Shown piece after piece: positions 49,350-57,670 of a stretch of 64,000 bases of DNA. Position 1 is the first letter of the stretch, and the number at the start of each line of letters is the position of its first letter. The stretch is from an uncultured Gammaproteobacteria bacterium (GTDB lineage Bacteria > Patescibacteriota > Patescibacteriia > Magasanikbacterales > GWA2-37-8): the NCBI GenBank assembly GCA_964536615.1, contig CAZHYG010000001.1, positions 70,200 through 134,199 on the forward strand, read 5' to 3'. Position numbers and translations under genes: made by a program. The notes beneath the pieces were generated by a model that saw only the letters and a list, made by a program, of their open reading frames with translations, was not told where the DNA came from and ran no database searches.

Positions 49350-49778
49350 TTAACGTTTTGACCACTGTGGAGCGCGACGAGCAGATTTCAAACCTGGCTT
49401 CTTTCTTTCTTTTACTCTGGCGTCTCTGGTCAAATAACCTTGAGTTTTAAGAGTTTTCTTGAAGTCTTCATTCCAAAGCACCAAAGCTCTGGCAATTCCG
49501 TGGCGTACGGCAACGGCTTGGCCTTTCTTGCCACCACCGCTGATTTTTGCGGAAATATCAAAAGTTTTTTCCTTGCCCAACGCTTTAAGAGGGGCAGTTA
49601 CCAAGTGCTGCCATTCAAAATATGGGAAATACTCTTCGTATTTTTTACCGTTAACGGTAATAACACCTGTTCCTGGTTTAACCTGCACTCTGGCAGAAGC
49701 GGTTTTGCGTCTTCCGACAGAACGAGACATCTCGCCCTTATCTTGGACTTTTTCTTTTTTATGAGTAATCTTTGTCAT
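49350..49778 (-). CDS. rpsI: 30S ribosomal protein S9
   Basis: C-terminal ...RRAPQWSKR and overall S9 similarity. Confidence 0.95.
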   Translation of the reverse strand: MTKITHKKEKVQDKGEMSRSVGRRKTASARVQVKPGTGVITVNGKKYEEYFPYFEWQHLVTAPLKALGKEKTFDISAKISGGGKKGQAVAVRHGIARALVLWNEDFKKTLKTQGYLTRDARVKERKKPGLKSARRAPQWSKR

Positions 49779-49803
49779 AAATAATTAAATTAACATCTAC
49801 AGC

Positions 49804-50151
49804 TTATTTGAAAGAAACTCGCTTCAACCGAGCGTCTCTGGTTTTATTTTTTGGCAACATTTTTGCAACCGCGTGCAAAATAAGCTCTTTTGGATCTGTC
49901 TTTAAAACATCCTTGGCAAGCTTGATTTTCAAACCACCTGGGTGCATGCTGTGGTGTTTGTATTCTTTCACAGCTAATTTTTTACCGGTAAAACGAACTT
50001 CGCTCACATTAAGAATCTGAACTTTATCGCCAGAGTCAATATGCGGTTCGTAGTCCGGTTTGTGTTTCCCCATTAAAATAGTAGCTATTTTGGTAGCTAA
50101 ACGGCCAACTATTTGACCAGAGGCATCAATTGTAATTTTTGATCTTTTCAT
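49804..50151 (-). CDS. rplM: 50S ribosomal protein L13
   Basis: Motifs GQIVGRLATKIA and KHKPDYEPH. Confidence 0.9.
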   Translation of the reverse strand: MKRSKITIDASGQIVGRLATKIATILMGKHKPDYEPHIDSGDKVQILNVSEVRFTGKKLAVKEYKHHSMHPGGLKIKLAKDVLKTDPKELILHAVAKMLPKNKTRDARLKRVSFK

Positions 50152-50191
50152 ACACGGATTAAAACAAATTAATTTTATTGATTAGTCGTTT

Positions 50192-50542
50192 TTATACCAA
50201 TTCTACTATAACTTCTTCAGCGCCATCGCCTTTTCTGTTTTTGAACAGCACGATTCTGGTATAGCCGCCTTTTCTATCTTTATATCGTGGAGCAAGATCT
50301 TCCATGATCTTTTTGATTGCGTTTTCGGTATACAAAACTTTCATCAATTCGCGGCGCGCAGTCAAATTTTGACTTTTGCCTTTGGTGATGAGTCGTTCCA
50401 CATACGAACGAACTGCCTTAGCTTTGGCTTTGGTAGTTTTAATCTTTTCGTATAACACCAAACTTTCAGCCAAGTTTGCCAACAAAGATCGGCGAGCGGC
50501 TGTTTTTCTGTCTAGTGTAATTTTATTTTTTTGATGCCTCAT
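50192..50542 (-). CDS. rplQ: 50S ribosomal protein L17
   Basis: Motif MRHQKNKITLDRKTAARRSLL. Confidence 0.95.
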   Translation of the reverse strand: MRHQKNKITLDRKTAARRSLLANLAESLVLYEKIKTTKAKAKAVRSYVERLITKGKSQNLTARRELMKVLYTENAIKKIMEDLAPRYKDRKGGYTRIVLFKNRKGDGAEEVIVELV

Positions 50543-50569
50543 AGTGGGGGTGGTGAATTAAAAAGAAAT

Positions 50570-51370
50570 TTATTTAACCTTCTTGGCCTTTTTAGCCTTT
50601 TTTGTTTTACCTTCTTCTTCCTCTTCGCCTTCTACAGACTCTTCAGCTGCAGCAACCGGTTCAGGCATAGCAACAAATGCTTCACTGGTTGAGCTGGCGA
50701 TGATAGAAAAGTGATCCATAACAATTTGAGTGGCTTGTCTGATAGCGTCTTCTGGAGAAATAGTGCCGTTGGTCTGGATATTTAAAGTCAATTTTTCGTA
50801 GTTAGTAATATCACCAACACGAGTATATTCAACGTTATATCCAACATCTTTAATTGGAGTGTAGATAGAATCAATTACGATTGTACCTAAATCATAATGT
50901 TTTTTATCTTTTTCTTCTACCGGTCTAAAACCGCGGCCACGACCTACAACCAAATCCATTTCAAATGGTTTGTTTGAGGTAAGAGTTGCCAAAACAAGTT
51001 CCGGATTCATAATTTCCGCGTTTGAATTTTTTTCAATATCGGCTCCGGTTACAGTGCCTGGACCTTTTTTACTAATGTGAAGCGTTACCGGTTCATCGGT
51101 AAATACACGCACTGCCAACTGTTTCAAATTCAAGATAATATCAACCACGTCTTCTTTCAAACCATCGGCTGAAGAAAATTCATGCTGCACACCTTTGATT
51201 TTCAAAGCTTCCACAGCTGCACCTGGTAAAGAAGATAACAAGACGCGGCGCAATGTGTTGCCCAAAGTTGTGCCATATCCATAGAAACAAGGAGTCACAA
51301 CCAAAGAACCTTTGTTTGGACTGTCGCCAGGGATAAACTCTACTTTTGATGGTAATAATAAATTTTCCAT
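50570..51370 (-). CDS. rpoA: DNA-directed RNA polymerase alpha subunit, N-terminal domain only (no alpha-CTD), with Glu/Lys-rich tail
   Basis: The alpha-NTD is conserved (GTTLGNTLRRVLLSSLPGAAV...). The protein ends at 266 aa with ...EEEEGKTKKAKKAKKVK, where an HhH alpha-CTD would normally be. Confidence 0.85.
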   Translation of the reverse strand: MENLLLPSKVEFIPGDSPNKGSLVVTPCFYGYGTTLGNTLRRVLLSSLPGAAVEALKIKGVQHEFSSADGLKEDVVDIILNLKQLAVRVFTDEPVTLHISKKGPGTVTGADIEKNSNAEIMNPELVLATLTSNKPFEMDLVVGRGRGFRPVEEKDKKHYDLGTIVIDSIYTPIKDVGYNVEYTRVGDITNYEKLTLNIQTNGTISPEDAIRQATQIVMDHFSIIASSTSEAFVAMPEPVAAAEESVEGEEEEEGKTKKAKKAKKVK

Positions 51371-51415
51371 ATTGAATATATATTAAACACCGGGGAAAAT
51401 CCCCTCCTCTTAATT

Positions 51416-52024
51416 TTAACGTGAATAAAATTCGATGATTGATTTTGCGTCGTATCCTGGATCATCGGCAGTAGGAGCATTTAATACTTTTGCAGATACT
51501 TTTTTAGGATCTAATCCCAGCCATCCTGGAGCCTCCACTTTGCTTAATTTTTCGGTAATTTTTGCAAACAGCGGGCTGTTCTTACTTTTTTCTGATAAAG
51601 AAATTTCTTCTCCTACGCGCACGCGGTATGAAGGAATATTCACTTTCTTGCCATTGATCAAAACATGGCCGTGGCTAACAAGCTGTCTGCCGGCGCGGCG
51701 GGAAGAAGCCAAACCAGTTCGGTAAATAACGTTATCTAAACGAGATTCAAGGTAATTAACCAAGAATTTTGAAGTGTTACCGGTCTTTTTAGAAGCTTCA
51801 GCAACATAATTTGCAAATTGTTTTTCAAGCAAACCATATAATTGTTTTGCTTTTTGTTTTTCAAACAACTGTTTACCGTAAACAGATTGCTTATTATGTT
51901 TTTTGCTTGGACCATGAACACCAGCCGGATAACTTCTTTTAGCTACCGGGCATTTTGGTGAATCGCATAATTTTTGTCCGTATTTTCTGCAGAATTTGTG
52001 TTTTGGTTTTAAATCTCTAGCCAT
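51416..52024 (-). CDS. rpsD: 30S ribosomal protein S4
   Basis: N-terminal Zn-ribbon-like region (CRKYGQKLC...C) and S4 domain. Confidence 0.95.
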   Translation of the reverse strand: MARDLKPKHKFCRKYGQKLCDSPKCPVAKRSYPAGVHGPSKKHNKQSVYGKQLFEKQKAKQLYGLLEKQFANYVAEASKKTGNTSKFLVNYLESRLDNVIYRTGLASSRRAGRQLVSHGHVLINGKKVNIPSYRVRVGEEISLSEKSKNSPLFAKITEKLSKVEAPGWLGLDPKKVSAKVLNAPTADDPGYDAKSIIEFYSR

Positions 52025-52058
52025 ACATTTTGTAGTTCTAACTTATAAGTTATGTTAA

Positions 52059-52514
52059 TTAGACTCGTCTTCTTCCTGGAGCGCGGCAACCGTTGTGAGG
52101 AATTGGAGTCACATCGCTAATAGAAAGAACATTAAGACCGTTTAAATGTAATGCTCTGATAGCACCTTCGCGTCCACCGCCGATGCCTTTGACAAACACG
52201 TGAATATCTTTTAAGCCAAAAGCTGCAATTTTATCTATCGCATCTTTTACCACCACGCCAGCAGCGTACGGAGTTGCTTTTTTAGGTCCTTTAAAACCAA
52301 CCTTACCGGAAGAAGACCAGCTTAAAACATCGCCATTTGGATCTGCGATACTGACGATAGTATTGTTGTAAGAAGCCTGAATAAACGCATTACCGTGAGG
52401 AACTTGTTTAACAACTTTCTTTTTCTTTCCTTTAACCACTTTAGCGGCAGCTGGTTTTTTTGCAACAGCTTCGGAAGCGGCGGATGGATTTGCTTGTGTG
52501 TGAGCGTCTGTCAT
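52059..52514 (-). CDS. rpsK: 30S ribosomal protein S11
   Basis: Motif [21 protein letters not shown]. Confidence 0.95.
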   Translation of the reverse strand: MTDAHTQANPSAASEAVAKKPAAAKVVKGKKKKVVKQVPHGNAFIQASYNNTIVSIADPNGDVLSWSSSGKVGFKGPKKATPYAAGVVVKDAIDKIAAFGLKDIHVFVKGIGGGREGAIRALHLNGLNVLSISDVTPIPHNGCRAPGRRRV

Positions 52515-52564
52515 AAATGTTGAAAAATTTTAATTCTTGTAACTTATTATGTTAATAAAGCGCT

Positions 52565-52948
52565 TTAGGTCTTGGTTTCAACTCTGCGACCACTGCCCAT
52601 AGTCTTGCGAACATTACCGCGCACAGTGCGTGAGTTGGTTTTAGTGCGCTGACCGCGAACCGGCAAGTGCTTCATGTGGCGGATGCCGCGGTGCGCTTTA
52701 ATATCTTTAAGACGTTTAATGTTAGCCATAACCTCACGGCGCAAATCACCTTCGGTTCTGTATTCTTTTTCAATAATTAAGCGGAGCTTATCTTCTTGTT
52801 CTGGAGTTAAATTTTTTGTACGAATACTTTCGTCAATTTTTGCTTTAGCTAAAATCTTTTTAGATAAGGTAGGACCGATGCCGTAAATATAATTTAAAGC
52901 AACAACGATTCTTTTTTCTTTAGGAATATTGATACCGGCTACACGCAT
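52565..52948 (-). CDS. rpsM: 30S ribosomal protein S13
   Basis: Motif MRVAGINIP...ALNYIYGIG. Confidence 0.95.
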   Translation of the reverse strand: MRVAGINIPKEKRIVVALNYIYGIGPTLSKKILAKAKIDESIRTKNLTPEQEDKLRLIIEKEYRTEGDLRREVMANIKRLKDIKAHRGIRHMKHLPVRGQRTKTNSRTVRGNVRKTMGSGRRVETKT

Positions 52949-52987
52949 ACGTTATGAATTATTATTTTAGAAATTATAAAGTTTAAA

Positions 52988-53101
52988 TTAACCTTGTCTT
53001 TGTTTGTGTTTTGCATTGCTGCAGATAACACATACACGCCCTTTTCTGCGGACGGTTTTGCAATTTTTGCACATTTTTTTCACTGATACTCTAACTTTCA
53101 T
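52988..53101 (-). CDS. rpmJ: 50S ribosomal protein L36 (not in ORF track, <60 aa)
   Basis: Minus-strand translation [37 protein letters not shown] read directly. Zn-ribbon C-x2-C...C-x4-H. Confidence 0.85.
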   Translation of the reverse strand: MKVRVSVKKMCKNCKTVRRKGRVCVICSNAKHKQRQG

Positions 53102-53283
53102 ACATTATAATCTTTAAATAATGATTATCTTAAATTTAAGTTTCAAAAAATACCAACCACTGCCGCGATATCGACGCCCAATGGTTTGTTATACGGACAC
53201 ATGGCTATTTGTATAACAACGATCAGGCTACACCGCAATGGTTGATATTTTTAATTGATTGAATTGTAACTCGTACTGATACC

Positions 53284-53499
53284 CTAGAATCTATACGTAA
53301 TTCTTCCTTTTGTCAAGTCGTACGGGGTCATTTCGACACGAACACTATCTCCCAAACTCAACCGAATCTTGTTCATGCGTAATTTTCCTGACAAATGAGC
53401 GATTACTGTCTGCCCGCTTTCGAGTTTTACTCGAAACATAGTGGCTGGCAGCAATTCCTCGATGGTACCTTTTAATTCTATAAGGTCTTTATTAGCCAT
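53284..53499 (-). CDS. infA: translation initiation factor IF-1
   Basis: 71-aa S1-like OB fold ([30 protein letters not shown]...). Confidence 0.9.
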   Translation of the reverse strand: MANKDLIELKGTIEELLPATMFRVKLESGQTVIAHLSGKLRMNKIRLSLGDSVRVEMTPYDLTKGRITYRF

Positions 53500-53598
53500 T
53501 TTTTTAAGGTTAATAACACGGCTATAATAACTGAAGTTAGCTTAAAAGTCAACACCTGTAATACTTTTTTGAACCGAAACCTCTGTGGATAAGTATCC

Positions 53599-54039
53599 TT
53601 AGATAGACATTTGCTCAGTTGCCTGTGTTGCAATCGGTGTTTTGTACACCCAATATTTATACAAAAAGAAATTCCAAGCCACGGCCAAAGCAATATTGGC
53701 TACTCGCGCCACCAGATGATTGACGCCTATTTTTTCATTAAAAACAAACATCCAGCCTACGGAAAAAACATAGTTACACCCTGCCAAAATCAGAAATTTA
53801 ACAATCTGTTTATGGGTAACTCCTTGCGATTTAAATGTCCAGTGCTTATTGAGAAAAAACACGTAATTAAGCATAAAAATACCGTTAATACCAACGGCAA
53901 ACACAGGTTTTATGTGCCACAGATCGGACAACAGGTATAATGAACCAACATCCAAAAAAACCCCGCTAAAACCAACAATAAAATAACGCGCAAACTGGTG
54001 GCGGGCTGCCCAAAGACGCAAGAAGAGCGTTTTTAACAT
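53599..54039 (-). CDS. GtrA-family membrane protein
   Basis: 4 TM helices; motif FARYFIVGFSGVFLDVGSLYLL. Confidence 0.6.
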   Translation of the reverse strand: MLKTLFLRLWAARHQFARYFIVGFSGVFLDVGSLYLLSDLWHIKPVFAVGINGIFMLNYVFFLNKHWTFKSQGVTHKQIVKFLILAGCNYVFSVGWMFVFNEKIGVNHLVARVANIALAVAWNFFLYKYWVYKTPIATQATEQMSI

Positions 54040-54042
54040 ATT

Positions 54043-55953
54043 TTATTCTAGAATCGCCTTAATTCTTCGCACTCCGGCACTCACTGCTTCCTCTTTAACA
54101 ATTTTAAAATGACCGAGCGTACCGGTGTGTTCTACATGAGGACCGCCACAGACTTCACGGCTGTAGGTTGGCGCGGACGGATCGGCAACCGCTTTTTCGT
54201 TAACATCCCCTACGGTATACACTTTAACAACAGGCTGATATTTATCCTCAAATAAACCAATCGCACCTTTGGCTTTTGCTTCTTCAAACGGCATTTCTTG
54301 CCAAGAAACCGGATAATCGCGAGCAATGGCTGCATTTACCATATCTTCGGCAAGCTTAATTTCTTCTGGAGTCATTTTTTGAGGATGTGGAAAATCAAAC
54401 CGCATGCGTTCTTGGGTAATATTACTACCGCGCTGTGTGGCGTGAGGGCCTAGTATTTTTAATAAGGTAGCGTGCAAAAGATGAGTAGCAGTATGATATT
54501 TTGTTGACTGCTCGCTATGATCTGCCAAACCACCATGGAATTTCTGCTCACCGCCAGCGCGAGAAAGTTCTTGATGTTCTTTTTTTAATGTATCAAATAG
54601 AGGGCGGTCAACCTTAAGCGAACGCTCCCCTGCCAATTCTTCGGTTAATTCAATTGGAAAGCCGTATGATTGATATAAATCAAAAGCAATTTCTCCAGAC
54701 ACTTCTGCTCCGCTTTGCAAGCCGGCAGTTTTTTCTTCAAATACTTTCAAGCCGTTTGCCAAAGTTTTTCTGAATTTTTCTTCTTCTTTATGAATAATAT
54801 CCCCGATCTCTGTTTGTTTTTGAGACAGATTTGGATAGGCATCGCCATATTCTTGCGCAAACGCGGAAACAACTTCTTTACAAAAATTATTGGAAATACC
54901 AAGGCGATGAGCAAAACGAACCGAACGACGAATTAAACGGCGAACATAATAGCCTTGATCTTTGTTGGAAGGAAATATACCGTCGCCAACCAAAAATGTG
55001 GCTGCGCGCAAATGATCCAAACAGACGCGGAACGCATACGTGTCTTCACTTTGTCCATCGTATGTTTTGCCTGACAACTCTTCTAATTTTTGGCGCGCGG
55101 TTGTAAATAGGTCAATGTTAAAAATGTCACTATCATCACGCAATGCGGCTGCCATTCGCTCTAAACCACCGCCAAAATCTACATTTTGCTGAGGCAACAG
55201 CTCAAAACCGGCAGCAGTTTTTTTATACTGCATGAATACATTGTTGCCAATTTCCATAAACCTTCCGCAATCGCAATTGACATGGCAATGCTGATTTTTA
55301 TAGGCAAATTTTTCATGAAGCCCAAGCTCTACACCAAAGTCCCAAAACATTTCGGTGTCTGGACCGCCGGGTTCTCCTTCAGGCATATTGGCTGGCACAC
55401 CGCTGCGGCTCCACCAATTTTTCTTTTCGTCATAATAGAAAACATGCTCGCTATCTTTGATACCGTCTACTTCCGGTTGTTCGCCTACAGCTACATCCAT
55501 ACCGACTTTCTTGAACTGCTCCTGCCATAAACCTGCCGACTCTTCGTCTTTGGGAATGCCAAGCGCTTCATTGCCCCTAAAACAAGTAATGTACAACCGT
55601 TTTGGATCAAGCCCGATTTCTTTGGTTAAAAATTCCCACATCCATGGGATTTGTTCGTTTTTAAAATAATCTCCGAGCGACCAATTGCCAAGCATTTCAA
55701 AAAATACCGTATGACGATTATCGCCTACTTCATCTATATCCTGGCTGCGAAAACATTTTTGGGAATCTGCCAAACGAGTACCCAGCGGATGTTTTTGCCC
55801 CAACAGGTATGGCACCATCGGCTGCATGCCAGAACCGGTAAAAAGGGTGGTTGGGTCATTATCGGGAATAAGCGAAGCTGAAGGCACCACCACATGGCCC
55901 TTTGATTTAAAAAAGTCTAAATATTTTTGACGGAGTTGATGAGAAGTAAGCAT
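54043..55953 (-). CDS. alaS: alanyl-tRNA synthetase, short form (catalytic + tRNA-recognition + editing; no C-Ala domain)
   Basis: N-terminal class II core; editing-domain motifs HTATHLLH...CGGPHV. Ends at 636 aa. Confidence 0.9.
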   Translation of the reverse strand: MLTSHQLRQKYLDFFKSKGHVVVPSASLIPDNDPTTLFTGSGMQPMVPYLLGQKHPLGTRLADSQKCFRSQDIDEVGDNRHTVFFEMLGNWSLGDYFKNEQIPWMWEFLTKEIGLDPKRLYITCFRGNEALGIPKDEESAGLWQEQFKKVGMDVAVGEQPEVDGIKDSEHVFYYDEKKNWWSRSGVPANMPEGEPGGPDTEMFWDFGVELGLHEKFAYKNQHCHVNCDCGRFMEIGNNVFMQYKKTAAGFELLPQQNVDFGGGLERMAAALRDDSDIFNIDLFTTARQKLEELSGKTYDGQSEDTYAFRVCLDHLRAATFLVGDGIFPSNKDQGYYVRRLIRRSVRFAHRLGISNNFCKEVVSAFAQEYGDAYPNLSQKQTEIGDIIHKEEEKFRKTLANGLKVFEEKTAGLQSGAEVSGEIAFDLYQSYGFPIELTEELAGERSLKVDRPLFDTLKKEHQELSRAGGEQKFHGGLADHSEQSTKYHTATHLLHATLLKILGPHATQRGSNITQERMRFDFPHPQKMTPEEIKLAEDMVNAAIARDYPVSWQEMPFEEAKAKGAIGLFEDKYQPVVKVYTVGDVNEKAVADPSAPTYSREVCGGPHVEHTGTLGHFKIVKEEAVSAGVRRIKAILE

Positions 55954-56025
55954 AAAAGTTTTTGTGTATAAATAATACCAAACCTCTTGACAAAACTCAA
56001 GGGAAGCACAGATAGTTTTTTTACT

Positions 56026-57099
56026 TTAGGCGATAACTCCCCCGCCCAGGCATTGGCCATTTTTATAGATAACAGCAAACTGACCCGGAGTAACTGCGCG
56101 TTGCAGTTTAGAAAACTGCGCAATTATTTTTCCATCTTTTTTATTTACTGTCGCGTTTTGCAGTGGCTGGCGATGACGCAACCTGATCTTGCAGGATAGC
56201 GGCAGTTTTGGCTCAGCACCACAAACCCAATGCATGCCGGAAATCTCAGATTCTTTTTTATACAATAACGGATCGTCTTCATAACCAACAACCAGTTCAT
56301 TTGCATCAACTCGCTTATCAACCACAAACAACGGCTTGTTAGCATTGGTTTTTACTGCTAAACTTCGCTGCCCAATCGTATAAAACGGAAGCCCGTCATG
56401 CTGCCCCAGCACTTCACCGCTACTCAATATAATATTGCCTTTTTTTGATTTTATTTCTTTTGCCAAAAATTCTTTCATCGGCACTTCGCCCACAAAACAG
56501 ATGCCCATGCTTTCTTCTTTTTCCGCGGTTGGCAACCCAAATTTTTTAGCCAATTTTCTTACCTGCGGTTTAGTGTAATTTCCTAACGGAAACAATGTGC
56601 GGGCAAGCTGATCTTGATTTAATTGGTGCAGAAAATAGGTTTGGTCTTTATTATCGTCTTTCGCTTGCAACAAAGTATACTGGTCTGCTTTCGCACCCAC
56701 GCGAGCATAATGACCTGTGGCCAGCTTATCAAAACCAAACTGGCGCGCTTTATCAAGCCAGGCGCCAAATTTTACAAATTTATTACATAAGACATCAGGA
56801 TTTGGAGTCCTGCCGGCTCGATACTGGTCATACATATAATCCAGCACAGCTGCTTTGTATTCTTTTTTAAAATCCCAACGAACGAGCGGTATGCCAAGAT
56901 GCGCGGCCACCCGCAACGCGTCTTGATAGTCTGATGTCCAGCATTTTACCATTTCTTCGTTTTCTTCTTCGTAATTTACAACAAACACGCCTGTTACATT
57001 ATAGCCTTGGGACACAAGCAACGCTGCCGCCACGGAAGAATCGACTCCCCCGCTCATGGCGACCAAAACTTTAATTTTTGCATTATTTTTATTTTTCAT
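56026..57099 (-). CDS. mnmA: tRNA-specific 2-thiouridylase MnmA
   Basis: PP-loop motif VLVAMSGGVDSSVAA; catalytic Cys residues. Confidence 0.9.
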   Translation of the reverse strand: MKNKNNAKIKVLVAMSGGVDSSVAAALLVSQGYNVTGVFVVNYEEENEEMVKCWTSDYQDALRVAAHLGIPLVRWDFKKEYKAAVLDYMYDQYRAGRTPNPDVLCNKFVKFGAWLDKARQFGFDKLATGHYARVGAKADQYTLLQAKDDNKDQTYFLHQLNQDQLARTLFPLGNYTKPQVRKLAKKFGLPTAEKEESMGICFVGEVPMKEFLAKEIKSKKGNIILSSGEVLGQHDGLPFYTIGQRSLAVKTNANKPLFVVDKRVDANELVVGYEDDPLLYKKESEISGMHWVCGAEPKLPLSCKIRLRHRQPLQNATVNKKDGKIIAQFSKLQRAVTPGQFAVIYKNGQCLGGGVIA

Positions 57100-57153
57100 A
57101 CCGGAAACATATCAGAATTAACCAAAAAATTCAACTTTTATTTTAAAAACAAA

Positions 57154-57184
57154 ATACCATCGGTTTCCCGACGGTATTTTGTTT
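57154..57184 (-). terminator. terminator of the zinc-ribbon gene (bidirectional hairpin)
   Basis: aaaATACCATCGGtttcCCGACGGTATtttgttt. Confidence 0.6.
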
Positions 57185-57194
57185 AAATTCTTAA

Positions 57195-57503
57195 TTAGGA
57201 ATTTCTGCGAGCCATCATGCAGTTTTTGCAGTATACTGGCTTGTCTCCAGATGGTTGGAATGGTAATTCCGTGATCTGAGTGCCACATTCTGCACAAGCT
57301 ACGTTGACGCTGTACATTTGTCTTGGAGCGCGAGGTCCTCTACCGCGATCGTCACCTCTAGTTTGACGAAACGCTTTATTGCAGTCAAAGCAATAAACTG
57401 GGCGATCTCCTTTTGGTTCGAAAGGCAACTGTGAGATGTGGTTACCGCATTTTGCGCAAGTAAGATCCACATTGTACATTTGTCTTGTTCCGTCGAATGC
57501 CAT
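57195..57503 (-). CDS. tandem zinc-ribbon protein (two C-x2-C...C-x2-C repeats), unknown function
   Basis: Two repeats of QMY(N/S)V...CA(K/E)CG..I..LPF.P.GD.PVYC..C. The track's GTG start at 57605 lies inside the promoter; the ATG at 57503 is preferred. Confidence 0.5.
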   Translation of the reverse strand: MAFDGTRQMYNVDLTCAKCGNHISQLPFEPKGDRPVYCFDCNKAFRQTRGDDRGRGPRAPRQMYSVNVACAECGTQITELPFQPSGDKPVYCKNCMMARRNS

Positions 57504-57519
57504 AGTTTTGTACTTGTTT

Positions 57520-57569
57520 GTTCCCAAAATGGTTTTTGAGATTGATTTATGTCGACCTATTTTGGGAAC
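57520..57569 (-). promoter_or_regulatory. 5'-UTR hairpin: perfect 11-bp inverted repeat GTTCCCAAAAT-N28-ATTTTGGGAAC in the leader of the zinc-ribbon gene
   Basis: Seen directly in the sequence. Lies between the predicted TSS (about 57589) and the ATG at 57503. Confidence 0.5.
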
Positions 57570-57595
57570 TGTTGTTGCCCAATTTTTATGAACAT

Positions 57596-57624
57596 ATGAT
57601 ACCACAAAATGAGATATTTGTCAA
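57596..57624 (-). promoter_or_regulatory. sigma70-type promoter (TTGACA-17-TATCAT) of the zinc-ribbon gene
   Basis: Minus-strand reading: cgtTTGACAaatatctcattttgtggTATCATatg. Confidence 0.55.
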
Positions 57625-57670
57625 ACGGTCAGACTACAGCTAAATTCTGGGTGTTTAAAATAGCAAAACC

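Noticed and set aside
57503-57605. GTG start at 57605 for the zinc-ribbon gene (track ORF 136 aa)
   Set aside because: The GTG sits inside the -10/-35 promoter elements, and the first 34 residues are unlike either repeat. The ATG at 57503, which begins directly at the first repeat unit, is preferred.
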